Source: Pseudogymnoascus verrucosus (Eukaryota). From it: a stretch of 64,000 nt of DNA. The notes under the pieces were generated by a model. It saw only the letters and a program-made list of their open reading frames with translations. It was not told where the DNA came from and did not search any database. Positions within the stretch are counted from its first letter, which is position 1. Every line of letters starts with the position of its first letter. The position numbers were made by a program, and so were the translations under genes. Location: the NCBI GenBank assembly GCA_001662655.1, contig KV460270.1; one strand, 5' to 3'. Positions 49,101 to 61,932 of the stretch are shown here, piece by piece.

Positions 49101-52100
49101 CGATGCCACTTACAAGCACGACCAGTGTTTTAAAAATAGCATTTGCTTTCTCAGGCCAAGGCAGCCTCTACTCGGGAATTGGAAGACAACTATTTGAGTG
49201 CTATCCCGGCTTTAAGGCGGATATACTCCGTTTCGATAGTATAGCACAGCAGCAAGGATTTTCGAGCTTTTTACCTCTAGTTGATGGTACGGCTTCAGAT
49301 GTAGACGGTGCTGAGACTGTCGCAGCTCACCTTGCTCTTAGCTGCGTGCAAATGGCGATTTGTCGCCTTTGGATCTCATGGGGCGTTCGACCGAATTTAA
49401 CAATTGGCCACAGTCTTGGAGAATATGCCGCCTTACAAACTGCAGGTGTTCTAACACCCAGCGATGTCATCTATCTCGTCGGTACCAGAGCCCAACTATT
49501 GTCGAGCCACTGTCGCCGAGGAACCCACGCCATGTTGTCTATAAAGGCATCGTCAGATGATATTAGACCCTACTTGGTAGGATCAACTTGTGAAATAGCC
49601 TGTATGAACCAGCCTACAAATAATGTGATTAGCGGACCGAGCGAGGAGGTAGACCGTTTAATGCTTTTGTTTCTATCGAAGGGTTATGAGTGCGTCAAAC
49701 TTGATATCCCATTCGCCTTTCATTCGGCCCAGGTGGATCCCATTTTAGAGGGATTCGAATCAGCAACGGGGAGCATTCGTTATCGAGTTCCATCATTACC
49801 GTATATATCGCCTTTACTCGAATCGGTTATCTCAGATGGGTGTGTATTAAACGCATCGTACGTCGCTCGGGCGTGTCGAAGTGCAGTAAACTTTCAAGGA
49901 GCTCTTAAGTCAGCAAAAGAATCCTCCCTTATTGATGACCAAACTATCTGGATCGAAATTGGATCACACCCTGTATGCTCTGGAATGATCAAAGGGACAA
50001 TTGGTACACAATCAATAACAATTCCATCCCTGAGAAAGGGCGTTGATACCTGGAAAGTCCTAGCGGGAGGCCTCGAAACGCTATATCTCAACCGCGTTAA
50101 CATAGAGTGGAATGAGTGGCATCGAGATTTCAAAAGCTCACACACCGTTCTCCGGCTCCCAGGATACAGCTGGGACTTGAAGAATTACTGGATCCAGTAT
50201 CGAAATAACTTCTGTCTTACCAAAGGAGAAAGCACAGCGGTTATTGATGCGCCTCCTGCCGAGACGAGGCCCGACTTTGTTTATTTGTCACCATCTGTTC
50301 AACGTGTACTAGAAGAGCATCACGCTCCAGACGTCTCAAATATCCTCGTTGAATCAGACATTCAAGACCCGCGGCTATCACCTGTTTTCCAAGGCCATAA
50401 GGTCAATGGCACATGCCTCTGCCCCTCAGTATGTTGCACCTCCAATAAGTTTGTTTTTAACTACAACTAATCGTTTCCAGTCTCTTTACGCGGATATTGC
50501 CCTGACAATTGCCAACTACATGATGAAAGCAATCGATATGCAAGGCGGCGATATAGGCCTAGATGTTGGAGACATGAAAGTTGACAAGCCTCTCATAGCA
50601 CTTCCGGCTGGTAATCCGCAGCTGTTTCGGGTTTCTGGGTTGGCTAATTGGGCGTCAAAAACCATATCACTCGCATTCTACAGCATCAACGACCAGGGCG
50701 GCAAGAAAGCGGACCATGCCACATGCCATGTCAAACTCACCCCAAACCAAACTTGGCTTCAGGATTGGAAACGAAATGCATATCTGATCAAGGGCCGGAT
50801 CGCTTCCCTGCACAAAGGTGTCGACGAAGGCGAGTCAAACAAATTAAAGCGCGGACTCGTGTACAAGCTATTTGGAGCAATAGTAGAGTACGATGCCCAG
50901 TACCAAGGCATGCAAGAAGTAATTTTAGACAGCAGCGAGCTAGAAGCTACAGCAAAGGTTACATTCCAGGTCGGCGGCGACGGTTATTGTTTCAGTCCTC
51001 ATTGGGTAGACAGTCTCGGGCATATTGCTGGGTTTATCATGAACGGAAACGACAATGTTGACCAGGTTTTTATCAATCACGGTTGGGAGGCAATGCGCTG
51101 TGCAACGACTTTCGCTCATGGCCAAACATATCAGACGTACAATAAGATGCAGCAAGTGGAAGGTACGTTGTATGCAGGAGACACATATATTCTTGAAGAA
51201 GGCAATATTGTAGCCATTTTCGAAGGAGTTAAAGTATGATTTGCTATTTTCCATGAAGTTGCGGTACATTCTGACAGTATATAGTTTCTAGGGATTCCAC
51301 GAAGAGTTCTGGATCAGGTTTTGCCTTCCAAGCCCAGCTCAGTCAAAAATTCTGCCGTGCCTCGAAGGCCAACGGCCAATACCAGCGCCATCTCACCAGC
51401 AAGGCAATTACCAAAGCTTCCAATAGCACCTAATACAAATCTTACCAAACTCTCATCGAATCATATCATTTCTCAAGTCATGGCAATAGTCTCGGATGAG
51501 GCCCGCATCGACCCATCAGAGCTCAAGCCCCAGACGGAATTTGCTGATTTTGGCATTGACTCTCTTCTCTCTCTAACAATACTGGGTAGATTACGGGACG
51601 AGGTAGGGCTCGACCTGCCATCAACAATTTTTGCAGACTATCCAACCGTCCAGAAGCTCCAAAGCTTCATCGGTGTGGACCGGAGTCCGGCCCTGTCCTC
51701 TGGGTCTTCAAGTCAGGGGGATACGGACGTATTGACGGCGGAGCTGGTTTCTGAGCCAGACACCGACAGGATTGTTGATATTATCCGTAGTACTATCTCA
51801 GAAGAGACGGGCGTTCCCATAGAAGAGCTCACCGTTTCCGCCAGGCTCTCAGAACTCGGCATAGATTCTCTTCTAGCATTGACAACCATGGGCAAGCTCA
51901 GCGAAGCTCTCGATATCGAGGTGCCGCAGTCTCTTTTCGTCGAAAACGCCACATTGTATGACCTAGAAAGGGCTTTAGACATGACTATAAAGCGCACACA
52001 TGTCAAAATATGCCCCAATGCCACAAAACTTCAGACCATTCAGGAAGTCAACATCATCGACACAGCTCCTCACGCAACCTCAGTCCTCCTCCAAGGAAAT

Positions 52101-52847
52101 TCCAAGACCGCAACAAAGAAACTCTTCCTCTTCCCCGACGGCTCCGGATCCGCAACATCATACAGCTCCCTCACCCGCATCTCCCCCGACATCGCCGTAT
52201 ACGGCCTAAACTGCCCCTGGATGAAGACACCACAAGGCATGACAGTCCCGCTAAAACAGCTAACCGCCAAATACCTCCTCGAAATCCGCCGTCGACAGCC
52301 CCACGGTCCTTACTACCTCGGTGGCTGGTCAGCAGGCGGCATCTGCGCCTACGAAGCAGCGCAGCAATTATCCCATGCCGGCGAATCAACAACACGTCTC
52401 ATCCTTGTCGACTCACCCAACCCCGTCGGATTAGAGAACCCTCCCCAGCGAATGTACGATTTCTTTGATAGTCTCAGGATCTTTGGGGAAGGCGGGAAGC
52501 CACCCCCAAGCTGGCTTCGGCCGCATTTTGACGCGTTTATTCGATTGCTGGATGAGTATAAGGTTAAGCCTTTTAAGGGCAAGTTGGAGACGCATATGGT
52601 GTATGCTCGAGACGGGATTTGCAAATTGCCGAGTGACCCTAGGCCTGAGATTCGCCCTGATGATCCGAGGGAGATGTTGTGGTTGTTGAATAATCGGACT
52701 GATTTTAGTGGGGGTGGGTGGTGTGAGTTGGTTGGGAAGGAGAATATGAGGATTACAGTGCTGGATAATGTGAATCATTTCACGATGGTGGAGGCAGGGC
52801 CGGAAATTGGCAAGCTGAGCGCTTTTATTAGAAAGGCTATGGAGTGA
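46196..52847 (+). CDS. Non-reducing iterative type I polyketide synthase SAT-KS-AT-PT-ACP-ACP-TE; 6 introns
   Basis: [50 protein letters not shown] and AFHS; PT GHKVNG..CPS; two [29 protein letters not shown]. Confidence 0.96.
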
Positions 52848-53359
52848 GGTATTGGGGGGTTTTTTACGGATATTTTTGCTTCAGTTACAATATTAACCGT
52901 ATATTTATTTATTTTCTTAGGATTTAAATAGGAGTCTTTTCAAATCCGCACCCGATCTAGGTCAAATATAAGCTAGGATTTATTAAGTAGACCTGCTCGT
53001 TCGAGAGAGATCCGTTCAAAAGGCATGGTTGTCTCCCAATGCCTAGAAAATGTCATCACAGCTATTCAAGTAACACGAAGTCAACCTGGGTTGTTTGCCA
53101 TGGCCATGTCTACAGACCCGCCTTCGGTCTTCGAAGGACAAGCTCAAGATCTATATCCTCTGAAGCGAAGCCTTCGATCACTCATCCCAGTAATTATTTA
53201 ATACGTCATTCTAATAAAGCTGTTACTCAAGAAACCGGGCTAAAAATAATTAATCCATCAAGTTTAATTCAGGCAATAAATTTTAGCTACACACGCCCCC
53301 CGAAACAACAAATCCCGATGAGTTTTAGATATATATTCCCCCTTCAAACACCAAATTCC

Positions 53360-53413
53360 AGCAATATTAGCAACATTAGCAATATTAGTAATACTAGCGA
53401 TATTGGAGATATC
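53360..53413. repeat. 9-bp minisatellite (AGCAATATT-like, 6 degenerate units) abutting the ABCG stop codon
   Basis: agcaatatt agcaacatt agcaatatt agtaatact agcgatatt ggagatatc. Confidence 0.8.
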
Positions 53414-55501
53414 AGCGCTTGACCGCCAACACAGCCCACCCGAGAAGTCGGTAAAAAGCCACAATCCCAATCAAGATCCCCACCCAAGTGCCAGTCTGAC
53501 CCGTGTGCATCCCAAACGTAGCAAGGACCCCCTTTCCAGAGATCATGCATTGATCGGCCAGTTCCGTGGTATACATGCAGTGGCAATTCTGGTCGCAATT
53601 GTACGTACGATCGGCAAACTCGTTGACCAGAAGCCCCTGAAAGACGTAGGCCTGGTAGTCGATGTAGTGGAACACGTATTTCCAGAACACGTTCAGGAGG
53701 GGCGTGGGGATCAGGAAACCGCCGACGCACATCCAGAGTCCGTTCACAAAGGCTGTGAGCGCGAGGGCGACGACGAAGTTGGGGAAGATGGAGGACATCA
53801 GAACGACTAGGCTCTCCGCGGCTACCATGTCGAGGAACACCCACATGACGAAGGTGAAGAAAGCAGGGGCCGTATTGTGGAAGCCGGTCAGCCAGTATGA
53901 AATACATGTAAAAATAAGTGCAATGCCGAATAAGTATGGGAGGCCAATGATGAAATTGGCAAGTGTGAAGGCAGCGGCGCCGTAGAGGCCATTTGAGCGC
54001 TCTTTGATAAAAGTTAGCCTGTCTTCGAGAAACGATGGCACGTAAGCAACGGCCATGAATGATAAGAATGAAGCTCCGAAGAATATAGCGTTGATGAAAG
54101 GCTGGATAGACGTCTGGGCCGGGCTGAGGCGTAGCCACACTGTCCCACTCATGATGGCAAGGCAACTGTACATTGCCAGGCGTATTCCGTATGCCACGAC
54201 GTCGCGATAGGACTTGATAAAAGAGCGATGGACGAGAGTAACTGTGACCGCCACAAAATTAGCATGGGAGCTAGTCTTTGAATTATGTGTTTTGCCTTCG
54301 CCCGCAGTTATGAGGTGGGAGGTGACCTGGCTGGAAATCGCTTCGGCGCGTGGACTAGAAGACCAGGCTGTCTGAAGCTTGGATAATTCTTCTTCTGCCT
54401 CAACTGGGTCGGATCCGAAATCCTTGTTAGTTAATTCCAATGCATGTTCCGCAGGGTTCATATGCAATGGAACCGGGTGGTCGATCTCCATATAGTATGG
54501 AACCACATCATCCACAGCCCCGAAATAGTGTGGCTTGCCCGCTGAGAGGAGTAACAGCTTATCGAAGAGAGAGAACGTTTGCGTAGATGGCTGGTGGATG
54601 CTGGCAATCACAATCAACTGCACGTCTGTCAGATACCATCAACTGCTGCATGTCGACCCGACTTACATTGTTTTGCTTTGCCAATGTCCTGATGAAGGAG
54701 ACAACTTCGAAGCTAGCTGCGGAGTCGAGGCCACTGGTTGGCTCGTCCAAGAACAAGATCTTTGGCGCCGTAATCAGTTGACTTGCTACGCTGACTCGAC
54801 GCTTCTGCCCGCCGCTGATGCCCTGGCGAATTGGTGTTCCAATGATGGTATCTTCCTGTTTCCGGAGACCAAAGGAGTCAATCAAACCATTGATTCTCAT
54901 GATGCGGTCCTTCTTCGTGAGACTAAGGAAGACCCCATGTCAGCATGCCATATTGAGTGAGTTGGAAGTGAGTGATGCTGACCCAGGATTTGACAAACGT
55001 GCAGCAAAGTTCATAGTCTCTCTGACCGTCAAAGATCCAATCAAGGCGTCCTCTTGTTCAACGTAGGTGCTCATCTTCCTGAACTCGTTGAGGGACAAGG
55101 CATCTCCATTGACGGAGGCGATGCCAGTCGCATCAGCTCCAGGGTTGTCGCGTCTGGCGAGGAAGTTCAAGAGAGTTGTCTTTCCAGAGCCGCTTGGGCC
55201 CATCAGAGCACACATCTCGCCTGGGTGGGGCTCATGTCAGTATACAAATCCAACGTGGTGTAGCAGGGAATAGTATCATACCAGCTAAGACAACTCCATC
55301 CACATTCTCTAAGATTTCCTTGGGCTGCTTGGTGGCCCGGTCCTGCACCGTAACTGTGACATCCTGCCAAATAAAATGCTTGACAGTAGTATTCTTCAGC
55401 TGCGCGTTATGCTCAAAGCCTCGCTCAGAATCAGATGAGAAAGCGTCTGGGGCCACGCCTCTCTTCAGCTCCATCGAGGGATTGCTGCGACGTCCAGGCA
55501 T
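53412..55501 (-). CDS. ABCG (White-type) half-size ABC transporter, NBD-TMD; 3 introns
   Basis: GPSGSGKTT, YVEQEDALIGSLTVRET, ISGGQKRRVS, ILFLDEPTSGLD, SIHQPS, RSFIKSYRDVVAYGIR; 6-TM C-terminus. Confidence 0.94.
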
Positions 55502-55763
55502 CTTTGGTCTGCTTGGAAGTGACCAACGGATATTGATATTCACAGAGAGAAGTATGTCCCAGTTCAGGGGAACCAGTCGGCTTTAAAGATATAACTAGAA
55601 GAGGTATTCATGCAAAGTTTATTTCGAAATCAGTCAGAACGTGTAGTTGGGTTTGGGCGTTTGCAGGAAGGAGGTTGGCTGGAAGCCGCGAGTGAGGGGT
55701 TTAAGCTTGACAGGACGTGTGTTTGACAGGAGAGGAATCTCAAGAAGTGTAGGTGTAAGTCAG

Positions 55764-55794
55764 ATGAGACATGAGAGACATGAGAGACACGAGA
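55764..55794. repeat. Short 9-bp tandem repeat (GAGACATGA, about 3 units) upstream of the ABCG gene
   Basis: atgagacatgagagacatgagagacacgaga. Confidence 0.7.
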
Positions 55795-58370
55795 AGCGAT
55801 ACCAAGACACGGTAAATCCACCTGGGAGTGATTCACGACATGAGTGAGGTATTAGAGCAAGCAGGTGCGATCAACTATGACAACCTCTTCATTCGCATTC
55901 GCATGCGACTGAGACTAATATGTAAGCTGAGTGCATACATACAAACGAATAAAATGTCTATAGATATCGTCAGGTGTACAGTGCAGAGAGAGTAGCTCTT
56001 TCTGTTTATCCGGTCATCTTTGGCTGGGGGGTTTTCAGCCCCAACTCCTGCATAACTGCATTCCCCAAACCCACCTTGGCTGCATATAGGATTTGTCGCG
56101 CTGGCATCAACAGCGCCAGTTTTCCTCCTATGTTCTACAGGCAATAAATCGAATAAATACCGGGTAAACACAGTAGATGGGAACACTTGCTACATCCATA
56201 CTGCTGCTGTTGTTGGATGCCCAGATAAAAAAAAAGCGAATATGGACGGTGGTGGTGGGACAAAATATGAGACCAAAGGGGTTTGTTTGTAACAGAATAA
56301 GATGATATGTAGTATCTCGCATACAGATAATACAGATACCCATCTTGCATAACCACATTCCCGCGCTGTAGCTTCACTTTTGACTCTTTTGAACTCTTTT
56401 GACTGGCCACAAGGGTCTGAAGTCTGACAGGACATCACCGTGAAACCTTGTCTCCCAATAATTTGTCCCTTGCTCTCCAACAGTGCACGGGTACATACAT
56501 GTTATGCTGTAAGGTACTATACAGATCAAGTACTCTTACTCTTCACAGACAGATACTGTTATATGCGCTGCAACGTAGGTACAGTCACATTCGACAGATA
56601 GGACAGACAAGCCGGATGTATCTTCCCAGCCGCTGTGAATCAGCTTCAGCTTCACCTTCTTCTCTAATGATTTTATAGGTACGAGGACAAGCACAGCATG
56701 TGCAGCACCTACAGTGCAAGAACCGATATCCATAACGCGGGCTTATATGGGCTAGACCCCTCCATCTATCTCAATATCTCCGACATGGTGCTGACAAGGA
56801 TGGCGATGGTGGCAGCGATGGTAAGACCTCTCTGCTATCAACGAATGAAGCAGTTCTTGCTCCTGTCGAATGCTCTCCCCCCCCCCTCTTGCCTGTCATC
56901 CGTTCCTTCCTTCTCTTCAAACAACTCCAGGCCCGGCAACCCCGATGCGGCTTGGAAGAACGTTACACTGGTCTCACCACATTCGCAATCCCGTTACACG
57001 ATCGAGACCCCATCGGCATTTACATGAATTGAGCAACCATGTCGCATGCCTGCAGGTGATCAACTCTGTTCCCGTCACCGGCATCGGGTTGCTATGCAGC
57101 TGGCCCCAAACGTTGGAACGATCCCCTTCCGCAGTGCAAGCCACCCGCGACGACGTGCCACCCGTACACAATCGCAGCATCGAAAATCCCTCGCATTCAG
57201 ACCATCACTTTCCCTTCCCATGGGAATGCGCATCTAGAGCAGTTCATGTACCATTCGGGCCTACTTTACAGTCTGTATTGCGACGTGTCACGAGATCTGG
57301 AGGAACGTGATCTTGCCAATACGGGGTTTCTAGAAGATAGAGGCAGCGCGATGCAAACGCTGGGGAGGGATTTGAGATTTTGCATGAATTTGTCTGCAAG
57401 CAATTTGCTTGGATGAGACAAATCATTCTTGGCTTCATCGGTGTCAAGCCAAGCGAGTCTGTCAAAGACACCCCTCCGGCTGTCCTACACTGCCTGGAAA
57501 GTTTGCTAACATATTGCGAAGTTTTCATTGTCAGGTATCGTCTTCCCCGGATTTCTCATCCACGACTTTTTTCCCCAGGATAGCCCACAGCGGGTTCAGC
57601 ACGAAATTCTATCCAGACGTTCTGGTATGAAGTCCCACACGCGTCTGTACAGTGGCTATGGAGTATGAAATACCGATCACGGAGGACAGAGACAGACCGT
57701 TATATGAACAGGCAGGCCATGCTTACTATTTACGGCCGTACTGTATATCATCATACTAGATCTCTCTTATTAACCCGCATCGGGCTTCTATCACGGCGTT
57801 GGATCTCGTGAAAGCCCAAGGCATTCAAGGGATTCATCCTCTGGACAAGTCAAGGCTGTCATGTCAACTTCACAAGCAATGTTCATCTAAATGACATGAT
57901 TTCCGTGGAGTGGAGACAAATGAGAGGCACAGGAGGTGCAATCAGACGTCTAGAAACATGTGTATATGTCTCTGAGCTTCCTTCCTCTCACATGCCAATG
58001 TGGATTGTTATAATTTTTTTTCTTGAGGACGCGGCACGTGTTTACAGGTGGGAATCCCACGCCAAAAACCATCGGCGGCACCGGACGATCTGATGCCGTT
58101 CTAGATCCCAGCCAGTGCATATCAACGAAGCGCTAATCGGTACATGTGAATGTATCCTCTCCAAAAATCTCCAAAATCTCCAAAAAATGAAGCAAAATCA
58201 AATATATTCAATTATAACTCTGTCTTCTCGTGCTCAAATTGGTTTACCCCTCTATACTATTGTGCATCCCCATACCCCCCCATACCCCCCTTTTTCCCCA
58301 TATACTCCGGGAAACGGCGAGGGACGGACATGGCCCAGCGAGTTCATTTTAGTGGGGCTAACGCCGTGAG

Positions 58371-58481
58371 CCTCGGTATATTCAGCCGAGATTTGGGGTT
58401 TTTGGGGTTTTGGATGATGTAAGTGGGTTCACGATTGGAACACTGGACAACAACTGGTCAGATTGATAAAGTTGACCGAGG
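58371..58481. promoter_or_regulatory. Two FarA/FarB-type elements (CCTCGG 58371-58376, CCGAGG 58476-58481) upstream of acyl-CoA oxidase
   Basis: Exact hexamers ~215 and ~110 nt upstream of ATG 58588. Confidence 0.55.
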
Positions 58482-58587
58482 GCCGATTATCTCCTTTGAA
58501 ACTCCTATAATAGACTGCTGTGCCCATTCCAAGAATCCTTTCTCACCAATATACCCCATCTCCATTTCTAATACCAACTTGCTCAAA

Positions 58588-60796
58588 ATGGTTGCTCCTC
58601 CTCCAGACTGGGTCGCGAAGTTGACGCCCTCCGGGCCGCAGGGCAGTGAGCTCCTCGCAACGGAGCGTGCGAAGAGTAACATCAACATTGACAAGTTGTC
58701 CAACTTCATGTTCGGCAAGGAGGCTTTGGAGAATAACGCCAAGATCCTGGCCATCCTCCAGTCGGAGAAGGTGTTCGACAAGTCGCAAAATGCCTTCATG
58801 GGCAGAGTCGAGAAGTTCCCAGTTGCACTCGCCAGAGCGAAGAAGCTGAGGCAGCTGCAAGTCAAGCACAACTGGAGCATCGAGGACTACAGAGTCGCCG
58901 ATGGCCTGATCTCCGAGCCCGGCCCATACGGACTTCACGCATCTATGTTCTTGGTATGTTCCCCAACAGTGGTACCGGTATCGGCAGCGCATTAACTAAT
59001 CTATCCAGACTGCCCTCAGAGACCAGGGAACTGCCGAACAACACAAGCTCTTCCTTGAGCCAGCAGAGAACTACAAGTACATTGGTTGCTACGCCCAGAC
59101 CGAGTTGGGACACGGCTCCAACGTTCGTGGTCTTGAGACTACCGCCACCTGGGACCCCGCCGACCAGACCTTCGTCATTCACTCCCCCCATCTCACTGCC
59201 TCGAAATGGTGGATTGGCTCTTTGGGCCGCACTGCCAACTACGCCGTGGTTATGGCGCAGCTTATCCTCAACGGAAAGTCCTTTGGACCACACCCCTTCG
59301 TTGTCCAAGTCAGAGACTTGAAGACTCACCAGCCCCTCGACGGTGTTTACGTCGGAGATATTGGACCAAAATTCGTAAGTAACTGCACGGAGACCCAGAA
59401 ATGGAAGAACAAGAGCTAACGACGCTATTAGGGTTACAACACTATGGATAACGGTTTCCTCCTCTTCAACAAGGTCAAGATCCCCCACGTCAACATGTTG
59501 GCAAAGTACTCCAGCGTCGACGTCAAGACCAACAAGTACGTCCGCCCAGCGGCTGCCTCGTTGGTTTACGGAACCATGACCTGGGTTCGCTCCACCATTG
59601 TGCTCCAGTCCGGCCAGACCCTGGCAAGAGGTGTGACCATTGCCACCAGGTATTGTGCTGTTCGCAGGCAATTCCAGGACCGCGATGATGTCTCCAACGA
59701 CGTCACCGAGAACCAAGTTCTCAACTACAGCATGGTGCAATTCCGTCTCCTCCCTCTCCTCGCATCCACCTTCGCTCTCCACTTCACTGGCAAGGCCATG
59801 ATGGAGATGTATACACAGAACCAGGATAGGATGAAGAAGGCTGTTGCAAACACCAGGAGAGGTGCCGGCCCAGAGGAGCTCCAGTCAGGCAGCGACATGC
59901 TTGCTGATCTCCACGCCACTTCTTGTGGTCTTAAGGCACTTGGCAGCACCATTGCTGCTGAGGGTCTGGAGGTGTGCAGAAGAGCTTGCGGTGGCCACGG
60001 TTACTCCCAGTTCTCTGGTATCGGCAGCTGGTATGCCGATTACCTCCCAACCACCACCTGGGAGGGAGACAACTACATGTTGACCCAGCAGGTTGCACGC
60101 TACCTCCTCAAGTCTGCACGTGCCGTCCTCAAGGGCAAGGCACCTGTCAACGACACCACCGAGATCTTCCGCACCTTCTTGGACGCGCAAGACAAGGGCT
60201 GCGCCTTCGACATCCTCTCCAACGACGGCGACATCGTCGCCGCCTTCGCCTGGCGCACATCCTACCTCACCTTCGAGGCCCTCAAGCACCGCGACGTCGA
60301 GAAGCAGTCGTGGAACTCCCTCCTCGTCGACTTCTGGCGCCTCTCCACCGCACACTCGCAGTATCTCGTCGTCAAGAACTTCTACGACGCCCTGCAGTCC
60401 TCCTCCCTCACCTACGAGCTCGACTCCGTCTCCATCACCACCATGCACCAGCTCTTCCGCCTCTTCGCCCTCAGCACCCTCGAGAAGGAGGCCTCGGAGT
60501 TCTACTCCTCCTCCGCCCTCACAGTCCGCCAGATCCAGCTCGTCCGCACAAAGTCGGTTATGCAGCTCCTCGCCGACATCAGGCCGCATGCCCTGCGCCT
60601 GGTTGACGCGTGGCAGTTCCCGGATTGGCAGCTGGACAGCAGTCTGGGCCGCAAGGATGGAAAGGTTTATGAGGATATGTTCTACAGGGCTAGCCAGCTG
60701 AACCCGCTGAATGGGCTGACTGTGGACCCTTACCCGGAGAGCGATGTGTTGATCAAGAATGATGAGACGGGCCGTGGCCTCCAGGCTAAGTTGTAG
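58588..60796 (+). CDS. POX1: Peroxisomal acyl-CoA oxidase; 2 introns; PTS1 AKL
   Basis: GCYAQTELGHGSNVRGLETTA, SKWWIGSLG, GDIGPKF/GYNTMDNG, TIATRYCAVRRQF, CRRACGGHGY, TWEGDNYML, C-terminal AKL*. Confidence 0.97.
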
Positions 60797-61332
60797 GGTG
60801 GGGTCGATGATTGATGGGGTTGTGTATATGGGTCGTTCATCAGTTTTCTTTTGTTTATGGGTTAGATGATTTAGACCGGTTGGTTGGGCGTGTAGAATAA
60901 ATACAGGGGGCGGAGGCATATGGCCATATTTCGATATATATATATCACAAATACAATACAAATAAATATTTCATAATACCTATGTTTTAGTTTGCAAGTG
61001 ATGAGATGAAAGGCAATCTAGCAACTATTGAATATTCTACTGGGAATAACTCCACGGATAATTAATTCCCACCGAGATGTTAGTTAAGAGGTTCCAGACC
61101 ACCGGTCAAGGAGCCAATCACCTAAACCAACCCAGATCGACGACAACCACCAACAGCGGCCGCTACTTTGTAAGCCGCTGACAAAACCACAAGTTAAGCA
61201 TAACATACATCCCCATTCTCAAATCCAACAATCATATACCATAATCACCACCACCTACCTCCCATACTAACTGCCCAATACAATGACCCCATAACCACAT
61301 CCCACCTCAAACCCCGCATCACCCATCCCACC

Positions 61333-61932
61333 ATGCCCCGCACCCCCGAAGCCGAATCCTTCTTCCACGCCGTCTACGCCGCCATCCAAGAGATCCCCCC
61401 CGGCCGCGTAACAAGCTACGCCCACATTGCAAAACTGATCGGGACTCGTAAGGCTCCCCCTCCTCCCTCTCTCCCTGCACTCCACAACCCCCCAAAGCCC
61501 CCGTTATGGTCTCAGATCATGACCCAGCTAACACCCCCCAAAAGCCCAACGACCCCGCCAAGTAGGCGTATGTCTCAAACACCTCCCTGATGACCCAGCA
61601 CAGCGGTTTAATAGCCAGACTGTCCCCTGGCAACGGGTTATAAGTGCCAAAGGCATGATCTCTCCACGGTAAGCCCCCCAACCCATCATACACTCTCCCC
61701 TCCTCCCTTCGATATCATTTTATCCAAAGCTCTGGAGGACTAATGCGAGAACAGCGGTCATCCATCAGGTGCCGCGAATCAGGCGACAGTGTTGAGAGCG
61801 GAGGGAGTGACTGTTAGCACGGGGGCGTTGGGGGAGTACTTGGTTGATTTTGGGGAGTTTGGGTGGTTTCCGAGGCAGTTGCCTTCGGATGTGGAGGCTG
61901 GGGTGGAGTTGAGTAGTGAGGAGGAGGATTGA
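61333..61932 (+). CDS. ATL1: Alkyltransferase-like protein (O6-alkylguanine binding, catalytically inactive MGMT family); 2 introns
   Basis: VYAAIQEIPPGRVTSYAHIAKLIG, PRQVGVCLKHL, VPWQRVI (Trp replaces the catalytic Cys of PCHRV), LRAEGV. Confidence 0.9.

Noticed and set aside
61620..61645. Loss of catalytic Cys (PWQRV) as a sign of MGMT pseudogenisation
   Set aside because: Trp at this position is the normal hallmark of ATL proteins
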